Below are positions 9,554 to 19,958 of a stretch of 64,000 nt of DNA, in pieces. The stretch is from the IMG/VR virus record IMGVR_UViG_3300034095_001584; one strand, written 5' to 3'. Source of the DNA: a virus (lineage: Duplodnaviria > Heunggongvirae > Uroviricota > Caudoviricetes). The translations under genes were made by a program, and so were the position numbers. Position 1 is the first letter of the stretch. Each line of letters starts with the position of its first letter. Under the pieces are notes generated by a model. It did not search any database and was not told the DNA's origin. It saw only the letters and a list, made by a program, of their open reading frames with translations.

Positions 9554-11167
9554 ATGATTAATTTGGACGTAAAGTGGAGTGATCCATATCAACTTGAAAC
9601 AAAAGGCGGTTATCCAGTATGGACCCGTCATTGGTTAATTCCAGTAAACTATAGAAATGAATTTTTTATTTATTGGAAGGGTAACAGTTTCAAATTAAAA
9701 GACAAAGGATATGGAGTCAAAAAAGTTGACAATGACTGGTTTTTAACTGAAACCAAGTTGAAAAAAGAAGAGTTAACTAACACAAAAACTGTTGAAACCG
9801 CAAAGGTTGAAACTCCATTAAAACCAATTGAACTCAAAGACAATAGTGGATTACGTCCATGGCAAGTTACTGCTGTAGGTACATTATGTGCAGCCATCAA
9901 AAAATGGGGATGCGCAATTGATGGTAGTGACGTAGGCGTTGGTAAAACCTACAATGCATGTGGTACTGCAAGAGAATTGGATATGGATATTCTTGTAGTA
10001 TGTCCAAAAGCAGTTATGGAATCTTGGAAAAGAGTTATCAAAAACCATTTTAAGATGAATCATAGATTGGTTGGCATTATCAATTATGAAATGCTTAGAA
10101 TGGGTAAAAAAGACAGTATGATTGCGTCTTATGTCAAAAGAAGAGACACTAGACGTAATGAATTTGTATGGAAGATTCCTAAATCTACTCTTATTATTTG
10201 GGATGAAAGTCAAAAATTAAAGGGTGCAAATACAAAAAACAGTGAAACTTGTTTGGAAGCATTAAAACAAGGTTATAAGATGTTGTTTTGTAGTGCTACT
10301 AACGCAACCAATCCATTAGAATTAAAGACTGTAGGAATGGCCATTAAATTGTTTGAGAACAACAAACAATATTATACTTGGTTATATGCACATGGTGTAA
10401 CTAAAGGTAGATTTGGATTACAATTTAATGGTAACAAAGAAGTATTGAAAAAACTTCATGAAGATATATTTGTTAACAGAGGAGTAAGACTCACAAGAGA
10501 TACAATTCCAAACTTTCCAGAAAGTCAAATTGATGCTGAATGTTATGACATGGAAGAAGATGCTCAAAAGAAGATCAATAACATTTATGCGGAGATGGAA
10601 GCTGAATTGGCTAAGTTACAAAAGAAGATAAAGAAGGAAAGTAAAGAAAATACTAGTGAATTGACCGCAATTCTCAGAGCTAGACAAAAAGTAGAATTGG
10701 TCAAAGTTCCACTTTTCATTGAAATGATTGAAGAGGCAATTGAAAATGGAATGAGTGTGGTAGTATTTTGTAATTTTACTGAAACTATTGATGCTTTATC
10801 AGAAAGATTAAACACAAAATGTATTGTTAATGGTGAAGCTAAGTATGCAAAAGCCAGACAACAAAACATTGATGATTTTCAAGCGGACAAAGAACGGATA
10901 ATATTAGTAAACATTCAAGCTGGTGGTGCTGGATTAAGTTTACATGATTTGAATGGTAAACATCCACGTATGGCATTGATTAGTCCTAGTTATTCCGCAG
11001 TATTAATGCGTCAAGCTACTGGTCGAGTTTGGCGTGATAGTGCTAAAAGTAAAAGCATACAAAAGATTGTGTTTGTTGCAAAGACAGTAGAAGAAAAAGT
11101 TTGTGATAGTGTAAAACGTAAGCTTGAAAATATGGATCTATTAAATGACGGAGATTTAACAACATGA
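9554..11167 (+). CDS. SNF2/DEAD-like superfamily 2 helicase
   Basis: motif I GVGKTYNA, motif II IIWDESQKL, motif III FCSAT, C-terminal QATGRVWRD (motif VI). Confidence 0.8.
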   Translation: MINLDVKWSDPYQLETKGGYPVWTRHWLIPVNYRNEFFIYWKGNSFKLKDKGYGVKKVDNDWFLTETKLKKEELTNTKTVETAKVETPLKPIELKDNSGLRPWQVTAVGTLCAAIKKWGCAIDGSDVGVGKTYNACGTARELDMDILVVCPKAVMESWKRVIKNHFKMNHRLVGIINYEMLRMGKKDSMIASYVKRRDTRRNEFVWKIPKSTLIIWDESQKLKGANTKNSETCLEALKQGYKMLFCSATNATNPLELKTVGMAIKLFENNKQYYTWLYAHGVTKGRFGLQFNGNKEVLKKLHEDIFVNRGVRLTRDTIPNFPESQIDAECYDMEEDAQKKINNIYAEMEAELAKLQKKIKKESKENTSELTAILRARQKVELVKVPLFIEMIEEAIENGMSVVVFCNFTETIDALSERLNTKCIVNGEAKYAKARQQNIDDFQADKERIILVNIQAGGAGLSLHDLNGKHPRMALISPSYSAVLMRQATGRVWRDSAKSKSIQKIVFVAKTVEEKVCDSVKRKLENMDLLNDGDLTT

Positions 11168-11472
11168 AAAAAGTAATTGTTAAGGGACATGATTGGATTG
11201 AGACAATAAACGTAGACAATAATATATTTGAGGATTATATAATTGAAGCGTGTACTCAAGCGTTAGAGAAAAAAATAAATGAAGGTATGTTAAAAGTGAC
11301 ACCCGTTATTCAAGCGTGGGAAGTGAATAAAAATAAAAAGATTAAACCAACCGTATACAACACATACAAATTGTTAACCAATGCTGGATTTTATTCAAAA
11401 GCAGAATTACTCAGATCATTCTTTTTACATGAAACAAAGATTGATTTAGCAAAAGAACCAATTAGAGCTTAG
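11164..11472 (+). CDS. hypothetical protein
   Basis: 102-aa ORF overlapping helicase stop by 4 nt (ATGA). Confidence 0.5.
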   Translation: MKKVIVKGHDWIETINVDNNIFEDYIIEACTQALEKKINEGMLKVTPVIQAWEVNKNKKIKPTVYNTYKLLTNAGFYSKAELLRSFFLHETKIDLAKEPIRA

Positions 11473-11475
11473 TAT

Positions 11476-12240
11476 ATGAATACTCCTGATATTAATGTTA
11501 TATTATCTCAGATGGCTGAAATGCAAAAACAGTTGTCTGAATTACAAAGTCTCAAACAAGAAGTAAAAGAAATTAAACAGATCAATAGTCTTGGTGAAGA
11601 CGTTGCAAAAGAAATTGCTGAAGAAGTAAAACAGTTACATGAAAATGGTGTTAGTATTCCACATTTGGAAAAACAAGCAGAACCATTTTTGTTTCCAAAA
11701 AGAGGTAGAAGAGGTAAAAGTGCTAGACCTTTATTAGAATCTGAAATCAGAGAGGCAAGAGAAAAATCAAGAAGTGCAAAAGAAACTGCAATACGATTAG
11801 GAGTTACATATGTTACATATAAAAAATATGCAAAGATGTATGGTTGTCATGACATATGTAAAACACATCTAAGAAGAAAAGTTCAAAATGCAATTAATCC
11901 TAGCAAAGGTAAATATCCATTGCATAAGATACTTGCCGGTCAATTTCCTAACTTTCCTATTCACAGATTAAAAGATAAATTGATACGTTCTGATACAAAG
12001 AAGGCTGAATGTGAACAATGTGGATTTAATGAACGTAGAGTAACTGATGGTAAAATTCCATTGTTATTATGGTTTGAAGATGGTGATAGACACAATCACA
12101 AATTAGAAAATCTAAAGATTGTGTGTTATAACTGTATGTTTTTGTCTGGCAGAGGATATATCAGAAGAGGAACCATTCATTATAGTATGGATCCTGATGT
12201 GATGCAAGGTGCAAAGAAACCAATCAAGGCTAGATTTTAA
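11476..12240 (+). CDS. HNH-like endonuclease with N-terminal coiled coil
   Basis: C-terminal CEQCGF...DGDRHNHKLENLKIVCYNC resembles HNH/zinc-ribbon core. Confidence 0.45.
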   Translation: MNTPDINVILSQMAEMQKQLSELQSLKQEVKEIKQINSLGEDVAKEIAEEVKQLHENGVSIPHLEKQAEPFLFPKRGRRGKSARPLLESEIREAREKSRSAKETAIRLGVTYVTYKKYAKMYGCHDICKTHLRRKVQNAINPSKGKYPLHKILAGQFPNFPIHRLKDKLIRSDTKKAECEQCGFNERRVTDGKIPLLLWFEDGDRHNHKLENLKIVCYNCMFLSGRGYIRRGTIHYSMDPDVMQGAKKPIKARF

Positions 12241-12277
12241 AATAAAATTTAAAATGTTATTATGATATTTATATATC

Positions 12278-12766
12278 ATGAACAACTTAGATCATTTAAT
12301 TGCAAAACATGGTGTGATGTCATCTTTTAGCATTGCACGTAAAATTTCTAAAAATGAATTTAAGTCGTTGACGCAAAAAATTAAAAAAAATTGTAAAACA
12401 AAAAAAGAATTTGACTTGTTACTTAAAAAAGAGATAATCAAGAAAACAAATGAAAGTATTAGTTTAGGTAAAATACCCGGATTAGTAGTTCCTTATCAAG
12501 AAAAAAAGAGTGTTGGTAAAAAACCTACAAAATTCTTTTTGGATGATACTAAAAGAACTGCATTGTTAAGTATTTTTGGTGCTTCTATTGTAGAAAAAGT
12601 AATTCAAAAAAAACTTAACAAAGATGAAATGTGTTTTTTGATACTTACAATAGTTAATTTGTTAAAATTATCTGATCATGATTTTAAAATGTTTCATCAG
12701 AAAAATGAAGACTCTATAGATGATGAAGATTTTGACGATGAAGATGATGATGGTTACGATGAATAA
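12278..12766 (+). CDS. hypothetical protein with polyacidic C-terminal tail
   Basis: 162 aa ending DSIDDEDFDDEDDDGYDE. Confidence 0.5.
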   Translation: MNNLDHLIAKHGVMSSFSIARKISKNEFKSLTQKIKKNCKTKKEFDLLLKKEIIKKTNESISLGKIPGLVVPYQEKKSVGKKPTKFFLDDTKRTALLSIFGASIVEKVIQKKLNKDEMCFLILTIVNLLKLSDHDFKMFHQKNEDSIDDEDFDDEDDDGYDE

Positions 12767-12774
12767 TCACGGTT

Positions 12775-13899
12775 ATGAACCCAAAAGATGTTATTATGAA
12801 TATATACAATATAAATGATGTTGTCGGAGAAAATAAAACTGAAAAATTAGTGTTTGTAACAGGTGTTACTGGTCAAGATGGTAGTCATATGGTTGATTAT
12901 CTACTTGAAAACACTGATTACACCATAATTGGTGGTGCAAGACGTTTAAGTATTAAAAACCATGAGAATATTGCGCATTTAGACAATAATCCACGTTTTA
13001 AATTGGTTAACTTTGATTTGAGTGATGCGCATAGTATCAGTAAAATTGTTGAAAAATTAAAACCAGACTATTTTATCAATTTAGCCGCTCAAACATTTGT
13101 AGGATCATCATGGGATTTTCCAGCCCAAACATGGGAATGTAATACCACTGCGGTAATTCATATACTTGAAGCTATTAGACAACACAAACCTTCATGTAGA
13201 TTTTATAACGCTGGTAGTAGTGAAGAATATGGAAATGTTGAGTATATTCCTCAAGATGAAAAACACCCAGCTAAACCACGTAGTCCATATGGTGCAAGTA
13301 AATCAGCTGCAAGACAATTAGTTAAAGTGTACAGAGAGAGTTACAATCTATATGCAGTTCAAGGTTTGTTGTTTAACCATGAAGGTACTCGTAGAGGAGA
13401 AGAATTTGTAACTCGTAAAATTACAAAAGGGGTAGCTAGAATCAAAAAAGCTATTCTTGAAAATAAATCATTTGAACCAATTGAATTGGGTAATGTAAAA
13501 GCCAAAAGAGATTGGAGTGACGCTGAAGATTTTGTCAAAGGTATTTGGTTAATGTTAAACCAAAACACTCCAAATGAATATGTTCTTTCCAGTAATGAAA
13601 CACACACTATTGCAGAATTTGTATGGTATGCGTTTAAATCAGCCAACATTGAAGGTGCATGGCATGGACAAGCAGAATCAGCGGAATTTAGTATTAGTAC
13701 CAAAGATGCAATGAAATATGAACCTATATCATCAGTTTTGGTTAAAATTAATCCTAAATTTTATAGACCCGCAGAAGTGGATTTGTTACTAGGGGATAGT
13801 ACCAAAGCCAGAAATGAATTGGAATGGAAACCAGAAACATCATTTGAACAACTCGTTGAAAAGATGGTGACTAATGATTTAAAACAAATCGGACTATAA
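12775..13899 (+). CDS. gmd: GDP-mannose 4,6-dehydratase
   Basis: N-terminal VTGVTGQDGSHMVDYLL Rossmann motif typical of GMD; 374 aa; YGASK catalytic motif. Confidence 0.9.
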   Translation: MNPKDVIMNIYNINDVVGENKTEKLVFVTGVTGQDGSHMVDYLLENTDYTIIGGARRLSIKNHENIAHLDNNPRFKLVNFDLSDAHSISKIVEKLKPDYFINLAAQTFVGSSWDFPAQTWECNTTAVIHILEAIRQHKPSCRFYNAGSSEEYGNVEYIPQDEKHPAKPRSPYGASKSAARQLVKVYRESYNLYAVQGLLFNHEGTRRGEEFVTRKITKGVARIKKAILENKSFEPIELGNVKAKRDWSDAEDFVKGIWLMLNQNTPNEYVLSSNETHTIAEFVWYAFKSANIEGAWHGQAESAEFSISTKDAMKYEPISSVLVKINPKFYRPAEVDLLLGDSTKARNELEWKPETSFEQLVEKMVTNDLKQIGL

Positions 13900-13903
13900 A
13901 TAT

Positions 13904-14152
13904 ATGAATCAAAATATGATGAATCAACAACCAAACTTTGGTATTGAAGATACAAGCGCAATTGAATGTGAAAAATGCAACAATAATGTGTTTGACAACG
14001 CATTTATGTTTAGAAGAGTAAGTAAAATATTGGCGGGAACAGATAAAGACGCATTGGTGCCAATTCAAATTCCAGTGTGTTCAAAATGCACCTATCCAAT
14101 TCAAGAACTATTACCAAAAGAATTGAGAGAAAAAAGAATTAGTCTGGAGTAG
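13904..14152 (+). CDS. small zinc-ribbon protein
   Basis: 82 aa with CEKC...CSKC pairs. Confidence 0.5.
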   Translation: MNQNMMNQQPNFGIEDTSAIECEKCNNNVFDNAFMFRRVSKILAGTDKDALVPIQIPVCSKCTYPIQELLPKELREKRISLE

Positions 14153-14181
14153 TTAAACTAACTCACGGCTTTGCATCAAAA

Positions 14182-14219
14182 GGATTAGATTGTTGAAATA
14201 CTTTTCTAATCCTTTTTTT
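14182..14219 (+). terminator. rho-independent terminator
   Basis: ggattaga...tctaatcc 8-bp stem followed by TTTTTTT. Confidence 0.6.
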
Positions 14220-14330
14220 GTTACTCTCTTTTTGGTATTACTTCTATAAGAATTGAGCATATCTGAAGTTACATCCACTTCATTTTCTTCATTTAACAAC
14301 TTAATTTTATCAACTCTTGATTTACGCATA

Positions 14331-14369
14331 AAAAACTTCTGATGAATAAGTATTTCACCAGAAGTTTTT
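14331..14369. terminator. bidirectional stem-loop terminator at convergent junction
   Basis: A-run, cttctg...cagaag stem, T-run. Confidence 0.5.
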
Positions 14370-14381
14370 GTGTAATTATTT

Positions 14382-15026
14382 TTAACTATTAATTAAAAAA
14401 TGTTTCCAAGTATGATGTTTTGCTTCTCTGATCAAAGCAGACACTGGAGTTGGACTTGGTTCCACTGGTTCTTTCTTTAACTTCAAACCAAGTTCACTGT
14501 TCATTTTATTGCCTTTTTTACTATTAAGACTTTTGTCACAAACAACCATGTTGGTCCAAGTATCTAAACCACCTTTACTACGTGGAATTACGTGGTCAAT
14601 AGTAGATTGATCCTTTGATAACTTCTTACCAGTATACTGACAAATACCTTGATCTCTATTCCAAATACCATCTTTGCTAGGTTTTCCTTTAAATGTCTTA
14701 ATAGGCATTTTGTTGAAATTTGTAGCAATGATGACAGTTGGCACCCTAATGCTTCTAGTAGGACTATTTATGGCCAAATCCCATGGTCTAATAGGCAACA
14801 ACATCCATTCTTCCCATGAAACTGGATTCATACTCTTAGCTTCATCAAAAATGGGTTGTCCATTATCATCTAGTTCATATTCAATATCCAATGCCATTGT
14901 AGATGGTTTACCATGAGATTCAGCACCACAAAGATCCACAATAGCATCTTTGACGGTTTTAAACCCAACTGGTTGCCAGTTAGCATTCAGATTTAAACAT
15001 ATTAGTTTATTTGCAACATTATTCAT
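14382..15026 (-). CDS. HNH endonuclease
   Basis: CQYTGKKL...DHVIPRSKGGLDTWTNMVVCDKSLNSKKGNK. Confidence 0.75.
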   Translation of the reverse strand: MNNVANKLICLNLNANWQPVGFKTVKDAIVDLCGAESHGKPSTMALDIEYELDDNGQPIFDEAKSMNPVSWEEWMLLPIRPWDLAINSPTRSIRVPTVIIATNFNKMPIKTFKGKPSKDGIWNRDQGICQYTGKKLSKDQSTIDHVIPRSKGGLDTWTNMVVCDKSLNSKKGNKMNSELGLKLKKEPVEPSPTPVSALIREAKHHTWKHFLINS

Positions 15027-15052
15027 AACTCACCTTACATCATAAGTATAGT

Positions 15053-15406
15053 CTACTTTTTATAAAGGTCAAGAGAAATTTTTTCTTTTGGTTGTAGACT
15101 TTCATCCAATCTATCAATTACCATCTGTAAACTGCCAATTTCAAACCATTCATTTTTCTGATTCCTAGCAAAATGCTTCATCTGTTCATGAATATCTTTT
15201 TCTGCAGTATAACAGTCTGGATGATGTATATAATACTCTATTTTGTAGTTTCTTAACGGACTACTTGTTTGATATGTACGTAGTCTGGATTTGATATCTT
15301 CAGTAACACCTATTTTGTAATAATTAGGGAAATTAATGTTACTAATTACGTAAATATAACCCTCTTTTTGTCTTTTTTCACCCATTTGTCCAATAAATAT
15401 AGACAA
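15053..15406 (-). CDS. GIY-YIG-like (T5orf172/MUG113-type) domain protein
   Basis: GYIYVISNINFPNYYKIGVTEDIKSRLRTY. Confidence 0.55.
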   Translation of the reverse strand: MSIFIGQMGEKRQKEGYIYVISNINFPNYYKIGVTEDIKSRLRTYQTSSPLRNYKIEYYIHHPDCYTAEKDIHEQMKHFARNQKNEWFEIGSLQMVIDRLDESLQPKEKISLDLYKK

Positions 15407-15430
15407 ATTTTAATTTTCTTTTTATTTATT

Positions 15431-15458
15431 TTAGGGGTACCCCCTCCCCCTTTATTTT
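15431..15458. terminator. GC-rich palindrome (aGGGGTACCCCt) plus T-run, possible terminator
   Basis: only G+C-rich island for kilobases; 10-bp perfect palindrome followed by cccccTTTATTTT. Confidence 0.3.
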
Positions 15459-15739
15459 ACGTTAACATACTCATAATCATCATTAAACATACTATATACA
15501 TGTTGATGATGTCTACCATCAATATGTTCATTTAAATCAATCATTCTTACATCATCATCACATATACAAGTCATCTTAATTTTACCGTTTTTAATAACTG
15601 CTTGTGAATCACAATGGGTACAATGAATGTTTAAATGTTTCATATGTACTAATATATCATTATTAACGCAAAAGAAAAGGGTTGTCACGGTAATGTAACA
15701 ACCCTTAACACAAGTGTAACTAAACCTATTATAGGTCAC
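15452..15739 (-). CDS. small Cys/His-rich (zinc-finger-like) protein; true start probably an internal Met
   Basis: CTHCDS...CICDD...HHQH. Confidence 0.4.
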   Translation of the reverse strand: MTYNRFSYTCVKGCYITVTTLFFCVNNDILVHMKHLNIHCTHCDSQAVIKNGKIKMTCICDDDVRMIDLNEHIDGRHHQHVYSMFNDDYEYVNVK

Positions 15740-16508
15740 TATAGTTTTTTAACTCCATCTTACCATTTGCAATAGTAATGTATTGATCTAAATTACAATC
15801 AATACAAATATTATCTGCATCTGTAATATTCATATATCCTTCTTTATGATACTGAGCAGCTCTGCCAGTTTCCCATTGATTTGTGTGTCCTACAATTTGT
15901 CTTAAACCATCAATAGGACTAAATTCATGATCAAAATCACACCATACAATACCACCAGCTCTAAATCTACCTCCTCTACTATATCCAACTTGATAAAACC
16001 AATGTAAATCATCACTCTTTAACTTGGTTGTAGCTTCATCACTACATTGATCAAGATATTTGAAAATATCTTCATTTGTAGAACAATTGGGAGACACCAA
16101 TCGTTGATCTAAACCAGCGTGGGTCAATAGAATGCCATCTACAACACAAGCCCAGTTAAATTTCTTTTGAAAATAACCTCTGTGTTTTTCAATTACATCA
16201 TTGATTCTATCAAACTTCCATTGTTCATAACCACTACACCAAACATTAGGTGCGTCAAACAAATAATGTAGATCATGATTGCCAAACAAAGTATAATTGT
16301 TATTGTTAGGTAAGAACTTTTCTAGTAGATACTTTGCGGTATCTGCATAGTGTTGTGGTTCATCATATATGAAACTATCAAACCAATCACCAAGACAGAT
16401 ATTAATGTCACCGTCTTCTTTTTTGATGATAGTATCAAGCTTTTGATGATTGTTGTGTGGATCAGCAACAATTACAATTTTCTTTTTATCTGAACTGAAA
16501 TTTAACAT
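15729..16508 (-). CDS. calcineurin-like metallophosphoesterase (Ser/Thr phosphatase-like)
   Basis: VADPHNNH, GDWFD, GNHD motifs. Confidence 0.75.
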   Translation of the reverse strand: MLNFSSDKKKIVIVADPHNNHQKLDTIIKKEDGDINICLGDWFDSFIYDEPQHYADTAKYLLEKFLPNNNNYTLFGNHDLHYLFDAPNVWCSGYEQWKFDRINDVIEKHRGYFQKKFNWACVVDGILLTHAGLDQRLVSPNCSTNEDIFKYLDQCSDEATTKLKSDDLHWFYQVGYSRGGRFRAGGIVWCDFDHEFSPIDGLRQIVGHTNQWETGRAAQYHKEGYMNITDADNICIDCNLDQYITIANGKMELKNYSDL

Positions 16509-16531
16509 AACCTATGTTACCATTGAACAAG

Positions 16532-16777
16532 TCAAAGGTCAAGACTTTTATTTTTTATTTTTGCGAGCAACCATTTGATCATTTCTTTTTTGGTTGGAGT
16601 TTGACCGTCATTTCTAATGTTATAGAACTCCAATTCCAAGTCAAATAGTTTTTTAGTTGGTTCCAACTTTGATAACCACTTATCTGATATTGTTTCATCT
16701 GATGATAGTGTATATAACTCTTCTAATGAGAAAATTATAAATTCATATTCAACTTTTGAAACAATGACTTTTTTCAT
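16532..16777 (-). CDS. hypothetical protein
   Basis: 81-aa ORF. Confidence 0.45.
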   Translation of the reverse strand: MKKVIVSKVEYEFIIFSLEELYTLSSDETISDKWLSKLEPTKKLFDLELEFYNIRNDGQTPTKKEMIKWLLAKIKNKSLDL

Positions 16778-16900
16778 TTGATAACTAGTTGTATTTGATT
16801 GGTTATTACCTCATTTTTGAAATGACCATATCCTAAATTTTTGTCATTCATACATCCAACATTGATTAAAAGTAATATTACTGATAATTTTGTTCTTAGA

Positions 16901-17638
16901 TTACAATTCATATATATCCAATAAGGTGTTTATTGTATTTTTATTTTTATCTTCTATATATCCATTAAAAGATCGATTATTTCCATGAATAAAACATGGT
17001 TTAGTATTATCAATAAAATTTACCAATCTATCTTCTACTATACCATAGCCAGAAATGTCCATGTCGTTAAGAGATAATGCAATATTACTTTTAGTATCAA
17101 CTTCAACCTTTATACCATCTCGTATTAATCTTGTCAATAATGCCCATGCATGTTGATCATCATAAAATTGAATAGTGTCAAACGTAAAACTATAATCCAT
17201 GATTTTTCTAATCTGGGAATTTATTCCCATATAAATTCCAGCATTGATATAATCTTTTTTTGGATAAAATCGATTCATATTGCCTAAATTAGGCCAACAG
17301 TTTTTTTCATAACTAAATACGATGTCAGCATTAAATGATTTATACTTTTGGTAAACTTCATCTGGACCTGCTAATGGCAATACATCAAATGAATCCAAAT
17401 ACAAAATTACTTCATTTTCATCATAATTTTCCAGAATTTTATAAAATTGTTTCATTTTAAAATCAAAAAAAGATCCTGGTGCTGGAAGTGGTCCATAACG
17501 ATCTGATTTGTATTCGACTTCTATCAAATCGTAATCATAGTTAAAATATTTTAATTTTTCAACAAATTTATTAAATATTGCATTGTTGAATGACGGATTC
17601 TCTGATGATTTTTTGTCTATTAAAGATATTGTTTTCAT
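16901..17638 (-). CDS. putative nucleotide-sugar (GT-A-like) transferase
   Basis: LYLDSFDV DxD-like motif; weak. Confidence 0.4.
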   Translation of the reverse strand: MKTISLIDKKSSENPSFNNAIFNKFVEKLKYFNYDYDLIEVEYKSDRYGPLPAPGSFFDFKMKQFYKILENYDENEVILYLDSFDVLPLAGPDEVYQKYKSFNADIVFSYEKNCWPNLGNMNRFYPKKDYINAGIYMGINSQIRKIMDYSFTFDTIQFYDDQHAWALLTRLIRDGIKVEVDTKSNIALSLNDMDISGYGIVEDRLVNFIDNTKPCFIHGNNRSFNGYIEDKNKNTINTLLDIYEL

Positions 17639-17641
17639 TTA

Positions 17642-17980
17642 TTATTTCCACAAAATTTGTAACACTACAATTAGTCCACTCAACCCAATCAATGTAAGCG
17701 TTTTTAAACTTAATCTTTCATTGAAATATATTTGAGTCAATATTGTGAACATTATGATACCAATACTGAATGTAAATATTCTGTTAGGCCACATCTTACC
17801 TTCAAAAACTTCTGTTAGAATTTTTGCTGCATAAATTGACAAAATAGTATTTGGCACACTCAAAAATACCAAATACCACTGATATTTTTTGTAAAAGTCA
17901 CTAATAAATTGTCCATATAACTGGTGCCACCCAATTATATAGACAAATATCAATATACCTAATGCAATTAATAACTTCAC
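17642..17980 (-). CDS. small multi-pass membrane protein
   Basis: 112 aa, 3-4 hydrophobic segments. Confidence 0.5.
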   Translation of the reverse strand: MKLLIALGILIFVYIIGWHQLYGQFISDFYKKYQWYLVFLSVPNTILSIYAAKILTEVFEGKMWPNRIFTFSIGIIMFTILTQIYFNERLSLKTLTLIGLSGLIVVLQILWK

Positions 17981-18183
17981 AAATTGAAACTATAACCTGG
18001 CACAATTACTTGATCATATACCATAGTTTTTGTGGAAATAGTTGTACCGATAACATCTTTCACAAATTCTTCATAATCAATTGGATGTGATGTGACTACA
18101 CCATATTTTAAAAATACATCCAGTAATAGTTGTGTATTTACTTCAAGATCAACTGTTTGAATATTAATTGGTTGGTTCATCAT
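17977..18183 (-). CDS. hypothetical protein
   Basis: 68-aa ORF, 4-nt overlap with next gene. Confidence 0.4.
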   Translation of the reverse strand: MMNQPINIQTVDLEVNTQLLLDVFLKYGVVTSHPIDYEEFVKDVIGTTISTKTMVYDQVIVPGYSFNL

Positions 18184-18661
18184 AACGTTCCTCTAGTCTT
18201 TCCAATTGTTGTTCTAGTTGTTTTACATAAGTTTGTAAATTACCTAGTTGATTTTTGAGTTCACGTAGTTGATCATTACTTTCAGTTTTATTAGTTTTCT
18301 TTAACTCTTCTTTTGCAAGACAAGACAAATGATCTATACCAGCTAGATAGTCACAATCAACGTTATAAGTGTTTTCACCGCAAACACAACATACCCATTT
18401 ATCTTTGTATTCTTTTTCAAGAATTTGTTCAACTCTATCAAGAGTTTCAATTACTTCTGCATTTGAAGATGCATTAATAATGTCACATGTCCAATTTTCA
18501 ACACCATCATCTCTATCTACTAATGATGGATACAATTCAGCAAGATTTTTTTCAATTAACTCCATATATGGACTTACTTGTTCTTGTTGAATGTCACGGA
18601 TTTTCTTTGCGTACATCACAATGTTTTTCTTTACCAATACTTCACTATTTGATTCATTCAT
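18164..18661 (-). CDS. Cys-cluster protein with C-terminal coiled coil
   Basis: WVCCVCGEN...CDY...DHLSC; C-terminal LRELKNQLGNLQTYVKQLEQQLERLEE. Confidence 0.5.
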   Translation of the reverse strand: MNESNSEVLVKKNIVMYAKKIRDIQQEQVSPYMELIEKNLAELYPSLVDRDDGVENWTCDIINASSNAEVIETLDRVEQILEKEYKDKWVCCVCGENTYNVDCDYLAGIDHLSCLAKEELKKTNKTESNDQLRELKNQLGNLQTYVKQLEQQLERLEERYDEPTN

Positions 18662-18826
18662 ATTATTTGATTACGATTAATTGTTTAATTACTTGTCTTG
18701 TGGTGAGATAAAATAGAAATGGAATTAATACTATAAAAAAAATTGATAATATCAACAATATTCCCATTGAAAATAGAATACCAAAAACTAATCCAACAGT
18801 CAAGTTTATAACTTTATATAACGTGT

Positions 18827-19093
18827 TCATTGTTTTAAAAATCTATTGTAGATTAACTTGCCAAGATTAGCAGCAAATTTACGTGCTTTCTTTTCTGGTA
18901 AATCATATAAATGTGCATGAAATGCTTCTTCAATTAACACATTAAGTTGTCTACGTGTTTGTAGTGTAGGATCAACAATAATTGAAGGATGTTTAACGTT
19001 TGGATTATCACATAAACCAGACGCATGATATCTACCGTGAGGTTTTGCATAAATAACCTCATATTCCACTCCTTCAAAATTTTTGAATTTCAT
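18827..19093 (-). CDS. hypothetical small protein (early-gene array)
   Basis: 88-aa ORF. Confidence 0.45.
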   Translation of the reverse strand: MKFKNFEGVEYEVIYAKPHGRYHASGLCDNPNVKHPSIIVDPTLQTRRQLNVLIEEAFHAHLYDLPEKKARKFAANLGKLIYNRFLKQ

Positions 19094-19305
19094 TATTCAC
19101 CTTTCACAAAACTTTTCTTTGTTTCTTTAAGAAGAATACTAATATCATCAAGACTACGCACTCTGTCTCTGTATAAAATTTCTGTCTTTACCCGTTCTTC
19201 ATCAATAAGCTTAATCAAATCATTGATTTTTTGCATAGTGATTACAGGCTTTGTACGCTCAAATTCATTTACATTCATTTTAACAACAATGTCCCTTCTT
19301 ATCAT
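19093..19305 (-). CDS. hypothetical small protein (early-gene array)
   Basis: 70-aa ORF abutting neighbours. Confidence 0.4.
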   Translation of the reverse strand: MIRRDIVVKMNVNEFERTKPVITMQKINDLIKLIDEERVKTEILYRDRVRSLDDISILLKETKKSFVKGE

Positions 19306-19489
19306 CTGCGGTAAAACTATTCAAATAGTAATTATCTGAACGTATATCACGCAATCCATATAGTTCTCTGTACATAGTATAAACAATACCATCCAATTGT
19401 TTTACTATCATAGGAATACTTTTGGTCTTGTCTACTTCTTGCATTTCCAAACAATGTTTTTTGATAATACTATCAATTTTATCTTGCAT
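19280..19489 (-). CDS. hypothetical small protein (early-gene array)
   Basis: 69-aa ORF. Confidence 0.4.
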   Translation of the reverse strand: MQDKIDSIIKKHCLEMQEVDKTKSIPMIVKQLDGIVYTMYRELYGLRDIRSDNYYLNSFTADDKKGHCC

Positions 19490-19737
19490 TAGTTATTTTG
19501 TGTGGTTTTAATAATTTTACCGTCACAATTATAATAAGCCCTATAATAATTTGTGTGTACTACATATACACTATTTGTGGAGTTTTCAATCATACTGTAA
19601 GTAATATACCTGTTATTAATAGCATGTACTCTACTGCAAGGTGGTAGTGTCTCTAATGCTCTATTATAACTATATCTCAATAACATTCCACTGGTACATC
19701 CAGTAGACAATAATGCAATAATTAATAGTTTCTTCAT
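19489..19737 (-). CDS. small lipoprotein
   Basis: MKKLLIIALLSTGCTSG lipobox. Confidence 0.5.
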   Translation of the reverse strand: MKKLLIIALLSTGCTSGMLLRYSYNRALETLPPCSRVHAINNRYITYSMIENSTNSVYVVHTNYYRAYYNCDGKIIKTTQNN

Positions 19738-19958
19738 TCTGTTAACTCACGTTCTTCTACTGAATAATTATGACTGTCTTTGTACATATCACAATATTTC
19801 TGTGCGTTTTCTTTTTTTAAATATACCTTCTCAATAGCCAAATCATTGCCTCTATATGACATAATTAGATATACCTTAATCTTAGGTGGTTCTACTGTCA
19901 TAGCAGTCAATAGAATTGCAGCAAGACTACCCAACACAATTTTATTAAAACGATTCAT
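19734..19958 (-). CDS. small secreted/membrane-anchored protein
   Basis: N-terminal hydrophobic LGSLAAILLTAMTV; ATGA overlap with neighbour. Confidence 0.45.
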   Translation of the reverse strand: MNRFNKIVLGSLAAILLTAMTVEPPKIKVYLIMSYRGNDLAIEKVYLKKENAQKYCDMYKDSHNYSVEERELTE

